A stretch of 64,000 nt of DNA. Origin: Piromyces finnis finn. Its lineage: Eukaryota; Fungi; Neocallimastigomycota. Of this stretch, positions 39,341-53,344 are shown piece by piece (positions within the stretch are counted from its first letter, which is position 1; each line of letters opens with the position of its first letter). Both the position numbers and the translations under genes were made by a program. The notes below the pieces were generated by a model. The model ran no database searches. It had not been told where the DNA came from and worked only from the letters and a program-made list of their open reading frames with translations. The DNA lies in NCBI GenBank assembly GCA_002104945.1, contig MCFH01000005.1:620001-684000 (forward strand), in the 5' to 3' direction.

Positions 39341-39492
39341 GAGCGTCGAAGCTGAAGATACAGTATGATAGACCAGGTGGGTCACAACCACCTAGCAATA
39401 GGAATGAGCCAACGTTTCTCTAAGAACCACCATTGGGGCTAACTATGATTGATGGGAGAAATGCACTCAGAAATTAAAAAAAAAAAAAAAAA
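39341..39492 (+). mobile_element. Poly(A)-tailed non-LTR retroelement 3' end, copy 1
   Basis: About 135 nt highly similar to 41043-41178, followed by a poly(A) run. It shares gctgaaga(t/a)acag...ccagg(t/a)ggg with the end of the LINE ORF at about 50500-50525. Confidence 0.8.
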
Positions 39493-40898
39493 CACAATTA
39501 ATTAACTAATTATATTGTATATTTTATTAATACTATATTATTTAATATTATTAATACAAATTAACCTAGTTCCAATTTGTATCATGTTGGTACAGGATTT
39601 TTATATATTATGTACCTTTTAATTTTTTTTGTAATGGGATAATACAACAATTAATAATAATAAATTTATATTCTAGATGAATAATTATTAAATAAGAATA
39701 TTTATAAATAATAAATATAAATAGTTGATGCGTTGACCGATATATTTTTGAATAATATAATGTTTTTAATAAATAATAAATTCTATATTATTATAATGAA
39801 ACAATAAATCTAAAATAAAATAAAATATGTTTTATAATTAACAAATAAATCACTCAAAATTCAAAAATAAACTCTTATTATGTTTTAAATTAAATCTTTA
39901 TTATATTTTATAATTTATTTATTATCTATTTGTTTTTTTTTTTTTTTATTCTCTATTTATTGTCCGATTTTTATGAAAAAGAATTTTATCTTCCTTTTAT
40001 ACATTTTCATTTATTACATGTATTATTATTAACTATTAAATATTATTATTATTATTACTATCGTTATTATTTATTAAAATTAAAAGAATAAATTAAAATT
40101 ATGTCTTTGTATTATAAAATATTATAGAATATTACTTATTTGATTTTCTTATTACTTCATAACGTTTAAACTTAGAAAAATTATTATAAATTATCATTGA
40201 CTATCATTAAATGTATAATACCTTGAATAAAATAATTAAAATTTAAAATTAAAATAATATTAAAATAAAATTAAAATAAAATAAAAATATAACAAAATTA
40301 AAATATTAAATGTATCAATTATTATAAACACTCATTTTATACAGAAACATAAAAAGAGTTCTGTATTTTATCTTTAGAATTGTTATTATTGTTCTATTTC
40401 CAGGTTTTAAGTTTATCATTTTTAGTAATAATTACTCAATTAGTTATTTATTAATTTATAAGTTTAAAAGAATTTCTAAAGAACACTTGGATAAAACACT
40501 AGAATTAATAATTTGATGTTTACCATTTATTTTTAGTTTATTTATTCATTTTTATTTATTTATTATTATTTTATTATTTTAATACATTATTGGATTAAGT
40601 CGTTTTATTTATTTAATAATTTATTTCATTATTATCACTATTAGGTCGTTTTTACTCAGAATTTATTATATAATAAAGAGAATATTATTTATTTAAGAAA
40701 GGGTTATATTTTCATAAAATTATTATTCATTCATTTTTAAGGGTTATTATCGTTTATTTTTATTATAAGTTACTATGGGTTAAGTCGTGTTTATTCAGTT
40801 AGTTTTTATTATGTTTTTATGTGAGTAGCGTATCATAGTTTTAAAATTCATGTAAATTTAGTCTTTAGAATTAGTATTAAGGTTAGGAAAATGATTTT

Positions 40899-40934
40899 GT
40901 CACTGGTTCGAATCCAACTGCCTCCTTTTTTTTA
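40899..40934 (+). other. Isolated tRNA 3'-half-like fragment (perfect B-box followed by a T-run)
   Basis: GTCACTGGTTCGAATCCAACTGCCTCC followed by a T-tract. No recognisable 5' half lies upstream. Confidence 0.45.
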
Positions 40935-41040
40935 AATTTAATAATAAAAAAATATTTTTATGTTTTTTATGTTTTTTATGTAATAACCAATCATGTAATC
41001 TAGAATAGAGATATTGAATATAAAAACCATTAACCATGTA

Positions 41041-41195
41041 GTGAGCGTCGAAGCTGAAGAAACAGTATGACAGACCAGGAGGGTCACAACCACCTAGCAA
41101 TAGGAATGAGCCAACGTTTCTCTAAGAACCACCATTGGAGCTAACTCTGATCGATGGGAGAAATGCACTCGGAAGTTAAAAAAAAAAAAAAAAAA
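41041..41195 (+). mobile_element. 5'-truncated non-LTR retroelement insertion with poly(A) tail and 12-bp TSD, copy 2
   Basis: The TSD ATTAACCATGTA lies at 41029-41040 and 41196-41207, flanking the element and its poly(A) tail. Confidence 0.9.
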
Positions 41196-41399
41196 ATTAA
41201 CCATGTACTATTTTTATTTTTTATTATTTGAGCTATTATTTACATCAAATAATTAATAAATAAAATATAATATTAAAACATAAATAATTATTCAATTATG
41301 TGTTTTATGTTTAGTATTTTCCAGTAATATTATATTTTTCTTTATTAAAATTCCTATAACAACCTAGTGGCTCTCACTAGCTCATGTTTCGGTTACATG

Positions 41400-41620
41400 A
41401 ATTATTAGTAAAAATGTAATCACTTCTTCTGGATAATAAATCAGGTTTTCCAGACTTTTTGCCAGCTTTATAAATTAACTTGAAATTGAAGCGAGAAATA
41501 AATTCGTACCATCTAATCTGTCGCTGAGAAAATATTTCTGGTTTTCTAGAGAAAGCCAAAATTTTATGGTCTGTATAAATAATAAATTGATTTCTAACAC
41601 CTTTCAAATCATTCTTCAAG
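41400..41620 (-). mobile_element. Ty3/Gypsy LTR-retrotransposon RNase H fragment
   Basis: FIIYTDHKIL...SQRQIRWYEFISRFNFKLIYKAGKKSGKPDLLSRR matches the Gypsy RNase H C-terminal signature. It is joined directly to an LTR-end-like TGTAACC. Confidence 0.85.
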
Positions 41621-43739
41621 AGTAACTTTGATAGCAAGGAGTAAATATAATAATTACATAAAATCATAAATTTATTTACTACAAAAATCTTAAGTTTCTT
41701 TGTGGAGCATGTATAAATTATGATTATCACGAGAGATTTTGCATAAATGAATGTTATTTTTTATTTTATTAATGTTTCTATATTTATTTTATATAGTGTT
41801 ATTATATTTATATTATTACTAGTTCTAAATTAAGTTTCATATTAATTATTCTTAAATTAAATATTAACTATATATTAAAAACACATCGTTATTGTAATAT
41901 TAGTAAAGTATTTAATCACAGAAAAACTTTAAAAATAAAAATGTATTGAATCTAGTATTATTAGATTATATGACAAGAAATATATATAGTTTAAATTAAT
42001 GTATGAAATAAAAAATAAATATAAATAAAACATAATCATAAAAACAAATAAGCATATTGAGACATTATTCATTATAATAAAGGGTAAATTTTTAAATATT
42101 ATTACAGCTTATTTTTTTTATTATATATTAAGCGAAATAATTATTTGATATATTAAAATATAATATAAATAAACTTTTTATAATTAAATTGATTCCTAAG
42201 AAACTGAATAATAATTATCATTTTATATTTGATATGAAATACTAAATAAAAACTTAAATTATTAATAAAATATTTTTATTAATAATTAGATAAAATAAAT
42301 TAAAATAGGCATGTAATAACGTGACTAAATCAATTGAGGCGTAAATAAACTCACAAGATAAAATAAATTTAAGTGATAACATAAATTTGTTAATTTAAAT
42401 AATAAAAATATAACATTATTTTATATTATATGAATAATTTCTTTTATTTATTATTTTTATTTAAAATATTTTATATTTATATTTATATTATATTTTTATT
42501 ATACTTTAATATTTTTATAGTAGTTTTATATAAAATACTAATTAAACGAACAAAATATAATTTATAATTATTAAAAGATATATAAATGTATTATTATTTC
42601 ATGTAATTTATTTCTTTGCTTTTTCTTATTATCAATAGCCAAATAATTATATTATTTTAAAACTTTAATACATAAAATTTCCCCCTAAAAAGGAATAAAT
42701 AGAACCGATTTATATCACATTCTATTAATTATAATTCATATTCATATATTCATAATAATATTTAAATTATTATTAAAATAATTATATAATATTTAATTTT
42801 ATGATATATAAAATTTAAATGATTGATTTTATTTGCTTATGAAATTTTCATAAAAAATTAAAAAATAAAATTTTAAAATTTTTTTTTTTTTAGTCTTTAA
42901 AAAAAAGTAACCTTTTTTTTTGTGAAATTAAAAAAATAAAAAAAAAAGTATAAAGTATGTAGTTTATATATAGTAATAATTGGGGAAAAATAAATGAATA
43001 AAACCAAAAAAGACTGAATAAAAACGAAAATAGAATATATTTTGAAAATTAAAAAAAAAGAAAAAATACAAAATCATATTATAAATATATTTAAAAAAAA
43101 AAAGTAAAACTAATATATTAATGAAATCTTGAAAAAACAATTTTTTTTTTGTCTTTATTAAAATAAACAATAAAAATCAATATATATATGAATAAAAATG
43201 AGTTAAAGAAATGTTATTTAAAATATATATTAATTTCAATAATCTTTTCCTTTCCTTTCTTCATAATTTTCATTTTTTTTTTATTAAAAAAATAATAGTG
43301 ATAGAATTATAGTGATAAATACAAAATCTTTTAGAAAGAAAAATATTCAAAAGTAATTAACAACAATTACATAGAAAAATAAATATTAAAAAGTAATTTT
43401 TAACAATTTAATATTTAATCACACTTTTAATTAAATAAATTCCTTACCATATATTTATTAAAACAATACATTATATAATTTTATAAATATACCAATCAAC
43501 CTTTTTGTAAATGTATTAAATTTTAAATATAAAAATATGAAAAAAGTCAAAGTAAAGAAAAAAATAGTACTTTTCTATTAAATAAAAATTATTTATATAA
43601 AGCTATCAAAAGAAAAATAGATAAAAGAATTTAAAATTAGAAATAAACATTATTTTTTTTTTTTTAAAAAAAAAAGTAAATAAAAATTAATAATTAATAT
43701 TAAATTTTTATTAAATTGAAATTGTAGTAAATAATAAAG

Positions 43740-44324
43740 ATGCCAGATTTCTCTAAGGTTTTTGGTATTTCAACTGCCGGTATTATTCACACTGGTCCAA
43801 ACAAGCCAATTGCTGTTCCACTTCGTGTTGAACCAAAGGTATACTTTGCTAATGAAAGAACATTTTTATCATGGACTTATACCTCTATTCTTATAGCAGG
43901 TTATTCCCTAACTATATTGGGTAAGATAAATGGGGCATCCTATTAAAATACATAATTTATACTGAAATACTAATATATCTATTTATTTTATTTTTTTGTT
44001 TTATATGAAATGTATTATATCTTGGCAAAATATTATTTAAATAATTTAATAAATAAAGCTTTTGGTGATACATTATCAAGAGTCGGTGGTGCTGTATTTA
44101 GTTCAGTAGGTGTCATTTTTATGACTTATGCTCTTGTTCAATACGAAAGAAGATTAAGAATGATTCGTAGAAAGGATGCTGGACCATATGATGATAAATA
44201 TGGACCATATGTATTAATTGGTTTTATTGTTCCAACTATTATTCTTAACCTTTATCTTACCTACAGATATCGTTATGAATTATATACTGACGCTATGGAC
44301 AAAATTAATCAACAAAAAGTTTAA
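43740..44324 (+). CDS. VTC1: Vacuolar transporter chaperone Vtc1 (DUF202), 2 exons (43740-43920, 44059-44324), 148 aa
   Basis: [22 protein letters not shown] and [22 protein letters not shown] motifs; the GTAAGA...AAG intron keeps frame. Confidence 0.92.
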
Positions 44325-45047
44325 AAAATATTAAATTATTCCATCAATATATCTTTTATTTATTATTATTTTTTTTTTATAAATATAAATAAATTTTAAA
44401 TGAATTATTAAAGTAAATATTTTAAAGAAACTATATTATAAAAAAACAAATCTTTTAAGAAAATTAAATAATCTTTAAAAAAAAACGAAAATAAAAAAAA
44501 TAAATTTTATATACGAAAAAACAAACAAATAAATTAAACTACCAACAATTAAAAAATTAATATTATTTTCATAATAAAATATATATTTTATATTTAAAAA
44601 AGAGGTTTTCTTTTTATTTTAAAATATAATAAATAAAATCTCATTTTTTTCTATATATATATAATTCATAAAATAAAGTTATTAATAAAAAAAATGATTA
44701 AGGTATCATCATGTATCTATATTATTCATTTTTCTCTCTCTCTTTCTTTGTATATTCTAATAGTCATAATAAATGTGTATATTTTTTATTGAGCTGTTAG
44801 GCTTAAGCTACAAATAGGCAAGGAAAAAATAAAATATAAAATAAAACAAAAGATCGATTTATTGCTAATAAAAAAGGGGAAGATAAATTCATGATGATTC
44901 AATAGTCATAAATTAAAAAAAAAAAAAATAATAAATAGTTAATATTACTTAATGGTTTTTTTCTTTTTTTTAATAATTATTTTTTTTTTTTAAAAAAAAA
45001 GTTGAAATAAAAACATAATGAGAATATTAATAATTTATTCCATAATC

Positions 45048-45184
<137 letters not shown>

Positions 45185-47832
45185 AAAGAGTTATCTCTTT
45201 TAAAAAAATGTTCTTTTGTTTATTATGAATAAATAAACAGTATGAATAATTTAATTAATATTTTTTAATTTATATAGATTAAAGTTTGTGCTCTTTAAAA
45301 TTTTTTAATATTTAAAAAAATAATAACTTTTAGAAATTTTGAAAAATGTTGTTACTATTGAAATAAAACAGAAATACACATTTTAATGGTATTCATATAC
45401 TCATTTTAAATAAAATATAATATAAGATGGAATAGATATTTATAAATTAAATCATATTTAAAAGTTTTACTTTTTTTTTTTTTTGAGTGCTATTAAAATT
45501 CATTATTTGGCATTATTGGTCTGAATTAGCTTTGGCAAAAAATCAAATAAATAATAAATATTTTTACTTTGCCTGAATTTACTCTTAATTTTTTAGTGGG
45601 AGATTTTTTAATTATTTTAATATAATTATTTTAATATAAGTATTATATATATTTAATATATTTACAAATAGGATAATGATAGGCTTTATTTCAAAATTTA
45701 ATTTATGATAATTAAAGGAAAAGTTAAAATGTTAATAATAAAAGGTTATGGTTATTATTAATTATTATGTTGTTTGGGGATTACTTTGTTTATTTATTAT
45801 TATTTCTTAAAAGTTCAATTTCTATGATTAAAATAGTTAATTATAGAACTATCTTATTTTACTTGACAATAAAAACTTTTACAAGCTTTTTTTTAAATAT
45901 TGACGGCTCAATCAAACCAAAAAAAAAAGGCTATTAATTTTTTTTACCTTTTTTAATTATATAGTAATAATGATTAAATATAAAATTTTTTAAAATTTGT
46001 ATAAATTCAAAATGAAAATATTAATATTTGTATTATCCAATCATATTTTGAATTATTGTATAATCATTATAATAATTAATATTTTGCCATATATTAATAA
46101 TGTATTCCAAGATTGAAAGTATATTCCTTTTTTTTACTCTAAGACGACGTCATGTTTAAAGTATAATATATCTATAAATCGATAATTAAATACAATCATA
46201 TATTATATAGTAGTATACAATAAACTTTTAACATATATTAATTTATTTTATAATGTATTTATAATATATTAAATCTATTTTTATCCAATTTCACTAAATT
46301 TTAAATATTAACAAGGATAACAATATGAAGTAAAAGGATAATTTGTTTTGAAGATGAACTACTCGCTGGCACTTTTCTCGTTCCTTTCATTTAACAATTG
46401 ATGAATAATAATATAATGATAAAAAAAATTTAAAAGGAATTGTATTTGAATAAGTATATAACCCTAAATTTCTGAATCATCTTAAAGTTTATATACATTT
46501 ATTAATGGTAATAGTATTAATAGTATGTCATATTTGACCTAGAAGTATATAATATTAAGAAAACCGTAATTTTTAATATTAAGTCTTAGCATTAATTCAA
46601 ATATATTTGTATTTATATTGATATATTAATAAAATATATTGAAATTTTAAATTCAATATATTACATGTATATTTTTAATATATAAGAAAAGTATTATAGT
46701 AATTTTATTTAATAATTAATCATAAATAATCATATTTAATATATTTTAATAATGAATTAAAAAAAAAAGTTATAAAAAAGATTATTATTTTTTTTTTATT
46801 AATTATGATATTAAAATTTTATTTACTTTTTATTTTTTAAATAGTATTAATTTTTTTTTTATTTTTTAAAAAGTTTAAAAAAAAAAAAAAAAAATTACAG
46901 TATTATATATTATTTATAATGTAATCATCGAAATAAAAACATTTTATTATTATATTATTAATAACTATAGAAAGTAGCAATAATAATAATGATAATAATA
47001 GAAAATCAACAAGTGTTTCAGTGAAAATTTCTTTTGGAATTTAATTTAAATAAATAATTTTTATCATCATATAAAAATCTTTCAATCTTAAATTTGATAA
47101 AGAATCAAAAAGTCAAATAGTAAATTTAACATTTTTATTAAAAAAAAAAAGTATATATCCAAAAATTTCAATAAAGTTGATATACCTTAATATGATGTTA
47201 TATTACAATATGCATTATTAATTATACAAACATAAAATTTTTATAGATATAGTATTTTCTTTATGAAGTATTAATTTTAATTGTTATGATACTCTATAAC
47301 CCAGGCAATATTGTTATTTTTAATACATAACTACTAGTAATAGATAAAATCAAAATGTAAAATAAATTTAAAAATATAAAGTAATTTATGAATTAATTAA
47401 TTAAATTGAATATAGAATTTCAGATTTCATAAAGTTTATTTCATTGTTTATATTCAAGAATTTATTTTAAATATAAATAAACAATTAAATCAAATTAAAT
47501 AATGCTAACTTTCAATAATGTTAAAGTTATCAATAATTGTTATTAACTTTTTAAATTATTAAATTTAATCACTAATAAATCAACATGTCATATTTTATTA
47601 GTAATTTGAAAAATTAAAAATTATATTTTATTATAATTGCTAACATAAACAAATTTATTGCTTCATATCAAATAAACATTTATTATTGTTTTAATTAAAT
47701 CATAAATACTAACTTTTTTTTTTTCTTTTCTTTTTATGTATCATTTTAAAAAGTAGATTGGATCTTTGTATAATTTTTTTTAGTTTAATATTATTTATTT
47801 TTCATTTAATTTATTTTCATATAATATAAAAA

Positions 47833-48743
47833 ATGGTTAAACTTGCAGCAAAGGTCGATCCAAAAGCTTTCTTCAGTAATGAAAGAAACAGTCTTCACTG
47901 GTAAAAATCAAATTAATATTTAGGCAATAGAAAAATTTATTGACATTAAATTGATGGAAAATATCAAATTAAAAACAGAATATGTTAAGACGAAAAAAAT
48001 TGTTGATGAAATATCAAATTAAAAAAATAGAATATGTTAAAGCAGCAACAACAACAACAAAAAAATTCATATTATAAAAATATTTATAAAGTTTAGTAAA
48101 CGACGACAATAATAATTAAAAAATAATTTATATCAATTTATATTTTTGTTTCTCATTTATCCAATAAACCAACTATTAAATATCAGATATATCATTTCTC
48201 TTTGATAATAAATAAAAAGCAAATAATTTTAAATAATTTTAAATTTTAATTAATTTACTCAAAAAAATGTATTAGTTTTAACTCGTCGTTTTATCCTAAT
48301 AATATAATATATCAATTTAAATTAAAGATTTAACTAATCAACTTTTTAATACGGAATTAATTCTAATTATATATATTTGAAATAATAATAGGATTACTCA
48401 AGCCGTATATTTAATTTCTTTCTCAACCCAACTTTACGGTTTTGTATCAAAAACTGGTCAAAGAAATATGAGTGAAGCTTTTGGTAATCAAGAAGATGCT
48501 GAAAATTTAGCTCAAATTGTTATTACTTGTGCTTGTTTAGTTGGTTTTGCATTAATGGGTTATGGTACTTTACTTTTCTATAGAAGAAGAAAGGCATTAG
48601 TTAATGAAGATGGTGCTGGTCCATTTGTTGATAACTTTGGCCCAATATTTTTCGTTATTGTTTCAATTGCCTTTATTATAATTAACTTAGTTGTATCATG
48701 GTTCCCACCTGAAGCTGCTAGTCTTTTAAACGGAGGCAAATAA
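47833..48743 (+). CDS. Divergent second Vtc1/DUF202-family protein, 2 exons (47833-47900, 48392-48743), 139 aa
   Basis: Exon 1 is MVKLAAKVDPKAFFSNERNSLHW, with the W codon split TG|G across a 491-nt GT-AG intron. Exon 2 ends LFYRRRKALVNEDGAGPFVDNFGPIFF. Motif order is the same as in Vtc1. Confidence 0.85.
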
Positions 48744-48961
48744 GCGCGCAATATATAACTATTCAACATTATCATTATATCAATAATAATATAAAAATTA
48801 AAAATAAAAAAAAAATAATATTTTTTTTCTTTATTTTTAATACAAAATAAAACAAAAAAAAAGATCATAAGAGAAAAATCATTTTATATGCAAAAAAGTA
48901 GCCAACAACTAAATGATAATTTTTTTCTCGAACTTAATATATATAAACAGGAGTATAATTC

Positions 48962-48996
<35 letters not shown>

Positions 48997-49449
48997 AACA
49001 TCAAAATGTATACATATAATATTAATGACTATTATTTATTATAGTTGATATTAAAAGTAATCATATTTATTCTTTACAATATTTAAATATTATATCTTTA
49101 ACTATAATTAATATCTTTTTATTTTAAATGTTAATATTAAAAAAAATATTAAAATAAAATATTAAAAAAATAAAATAAAATAATAAAAAATGAATAAACA
49201 AAAATAAAATAAAAAAAAACAAAAACAAAAACATAATACATATACATAAATTATTAATATGATCTTATAAAGGTATAAGACGATGCTAAAGAATATTAAA
49301 GAAATAAAGTAATTAATTCTAAAGTTATGTTAAAATTTTTTTAATTATAAATGAAACTGTTTTTAAAACCCAATAGAAAAACAAATTTTTAAAAGAAAAT
49401 AAAGATCTATAGGAGTTAAAGATTTCGACAATTCTCGAAATCTTTTGAT

Positions 49450-50630
49450 GTGAAGAAAGGAGTTCGTCAAGGTTGCCCACTTTCACTTATTCATTTTAAT
49501 TTCTTTATTAATGATATTTTTAAAGAGTGCGAAGATCTCGGAGTCATTCAATGCTGTGGTGGACTTTTTGCAGATGAAATAGTTATTTGTACTATTTGTA
49601 CTCAATCAAGAAGATACTTAAAAAAAATGCTAAAAAGAGTTAATAAATGGGCTTTGTATAATGAAATGAAATTTGGTATACAGAAATGTTCAATGAAGGT
49701 TATTCGTCCTGAATCAGTAGAAAATCAGAGCAAGAAAGATCTTAAAGGAAATTCAATCAAAGCGCAATATTATGATGATAATAAATTTATTGAAACTAAA
49801 GATTTTATCAAATTATGTTATGAGTACCCAGAGTTTGCCTATGGTTTCTACTGGCTGTTGAAAGCAAGAAGTGGATACAAGTTGGATGCTAGAATTGCAA
49901 AAGCTGCTAAATTTGTTGATCCGGTTTGTCCTAACTACTGTCCGTGTTGCAAGAGTAGTGATCAAAATATTAAGTATTGGTTATTAGATTGTCCAACTTT
50001 TAGAGATATCCGTATTAAACATTACAATTACATAGTCCAACTATTAAATTTTTTTAGTCAACGTAATTCCAACAATCCTATCAATTATAATGAAAATGTT
50101 AATATCAGTAGAGATAGCAATAATAATAATAGTAATAGTAACATTAATAATAATTTTAATAATAGTAGTAATAACAATAGTGAAGATAATAATTCTAATT
50201 TAGATAGTAATTTAGTTAATAATAGTAATAGTTCTAATAATCCGGTGAATATTAATGTGTATTCTAGTGTGGGTAATAAAATATTTAAATTCCTTCTTGG
50301 AGGAAGAAGTTTTAACAATATCAATTATAATTCAAGGGAATGGAAAGAACTTTGCATGTGTCAGATTCAATCTGGTACTTACGAAGGAACACCATTCTTG
50401 ACAGTAACAGCGGAACTTCTAACCAAAATCATGCTTTTTGCTATTGGCCAGCAATGGTCAATGTTCAAAAGGTTTGAAGCAACATCCAAGAATATCAATG
50501 CTGAAGAAACAGGCCAGGAGGGCCAGCGCAACCAATGGAGATCATAATTTTGTCCTATGATAAAATTTTGATCTTTGGCTTGGAAGTCAAATACAATTAT
50601 CATTATACTTTAGTATAATAGTGGCTTTCT
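49450..50630 (+). mobile_element. Non-LTR (LINE) retrotransposon remnant: RT core fragment, internal deletion, C-terminal Cys-rich knuckle, 3' UTR
   Basis: KGVRQGCPLS (RT motif) and LFADEIV (degenerate F/YADD), then an abrupt jump to CPNYCPCCKSSDQNIKYWLLDC, with an Asn-rich insert. Confidence 0.88.
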
Positions 50631-51168
50631 TTCTTTAATTAAAATTACTAGAATACATTATACCCAATTTTTATTCATTTGTGTTTATTTAAATATAATT
50701 CTTTTATTCTTGTTTTTATTTTTAATTTTATTTTTTATAACATGTATTATAATTTTAATTAAATTAATAATTAAGTTTAAAAATATTTGATGCCGTTAGA
50801 AAAAAAAAAAAAGAGTTAAAGAAAAATCTTCGAAAGGGATTCCAAAATAAGTATATCAAGAAAACTTCAAAACCAAATATGTATCAACTTTAATAGATTT
50901 AATTCAAAAAGTTAAATCTATTGAAATTGATACTTTAATAATAATTATTACACATTTATTTATATTTATTATTTATACTTATTATTTATATTTGTTATTA
51001 TTTTTATTTCATTTACTATTTAACCATTGATATATTTAATAACGCGCTTTCAACTTTATTGAAAATGGCAAATATATATTTTATATTTTTTAGCATTTGA
51101 TTTGGTTTAATTATTAATTTAAGAATATTTATATCTTTTTTTTTTTTTTTTGTTTTTTCTGTTAATTC

Positions 51169-52160
51169 TTAAAGGATATCATCATTTTTGAGAATGTCAT
51201 TTAAATTGCCTGTATCTTTCAAAATATTATAAGCACGTGAGAATTCATTAATAATATGACGTTTTTCATTCTCTCCAGAATTAGAATTAACTATTCTTTT
51301 GTTAATAAATGGACCTTTCACAGCAAATATATAATCCTTATGATTGCGATAGCAATTATTAGCTTCTTCAAAACCCCCACTAATTCGAATATTTCATATA
51401 AAATCTTCGGGATGATAATCACAACCATAAAATTTAAAGAGGCCCAATAAAAGTTCACTACGACTCGATTCATTTTTTGAAATGAAATATAGAGATATTT
51501 TTTGAATATCATTATAAAATTTAACTTTTTCGCTGTAATAACCTGATAGATCTTCATTAATTAATTTATTGAAAACATTAACATCAACTTCGAACATTTC
51601 AAGGTTGGATATTTTATTTTGAAGATTTGGAAGAACAAGTGGATCAATTTTTTGAAAATAAGCGATGCAAAGGAGTACATAAGTATAACTAGCAAATGTA
51701 CGATCCTTTGAACTATTAATACAACGTTCCTTTGCCCATTTCTTAACAATCATAACAATATCACGAACTCGTTCATCAAATTTCATGTAACAAAAGATAA
51801 GTTGAGAATTATAAATTGGAATACGATTATTGCAACTGAGATCACAATGGAGGCCAGTTTTTGGATCCTCAAATTTACAAACTGGTATACGTATATGAAT
51901 AATAGGTACTACATTATTCATACTATTATTTTTTAAAACATTAGCAATTTTGTGTATACTGATGTCAACATGTTTACCTTCAGAATTATCAGCAAAAATA
52001 CATAAGTTAATATCACTTTGATTACTCAAAAGTCCATTTTGAGATGAGCCAAATCGATGGACACTTAATTTATATTTTTCTTATTGTTTTTCGTTTTCTA
52101 TTATTTTTTTTATATTATTTGCAAATTTTCTAAAAGATTATAATCTTTCTCTTTTAGTAA
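51169..52160 (-). pseudogene. Cid1/TUT-family terminal nucleotidyltransferase pseudogene
   Basis: Motifs VHRFGSSQNGLLSNQSDINLCIF, CDLSCNNRIPIYNSQLI, VKKWAKERCIN, ELLLGLFKFY, AVKGPF, INEFSRAYNIL all lie in one frame. That frame is interrupted by stops at 52138-40, 52081-83 and 51394-96, and the DxD motif reads D-I-N. Confidence 0.85.
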
Positions 52161-52250
52161 TAAATTATTTACAATAGCAACCCTAGAAAAAGTTTTAATA
52201 TTTTCCAGAAAAAATAAAGATATGACCGAAAATTGTTCTGATTTCCCTTA

Positions 52251-52284
<34 letters not shown>

Positions 52285-52350
52285 TAAAGTTATTGGGATG
52301 TTTGATAAAAAAACCTTTGAAATAAAAAAAAACAACTTGTATAATTTTTT

Positions 52351-52382
<32 letters not shown>

Positions 52383-53003
52383 AAAAAAACTCTATACATT
52401 TTTTTGCTCTTCTTTTTTAAAATTTTTGAGTTATTTCTATATTTTTTGTTTTTATATTTTTTTTATTTTTAATCTTTTTTTTTTTTTTTAATACTAACAG
52501 ATTAAGAAAGGATGATATAAAATAAAACAATATCAATACCAAATAGTAAAATAAAATTATAATAGATTAATAAAAAAAATAATCCTTTTTATTATTATTT
52601 ATTTTTATTTTTAGATATAGGATATTGGAAATAATAGAAATAATGTGTATTATCCTATGATAATGTTGCTCATTTTTTTTTTTTATTTTATTTTATTTTA
52701 TTTTACTTTATTAATAACAATTAAATATATATATATTACTGTAAAAGTGTTGTAGTTAAAATGGATTGGGTAAACGCCTAATTCATATTAACATATTTAT
52801 TTTTACTTTAATTATCATTACTACCTCTGTGACTTTTCCCCTTGACACCATCTCTTTTAAAAAATAATATATATAAAACTAACCAATAAAATTTATTAAT
52901 TTTTTTTTTTTAAATTATAAATGGTAGATTTACCTCTTTTTTTTTGAGATTAAAGAAAAAAATTGGATTAAATAATACAAAAGCTTTTTTTTTTTTTTTT
53001 TGG

Positions 53004-53344
<341 letters not shown>

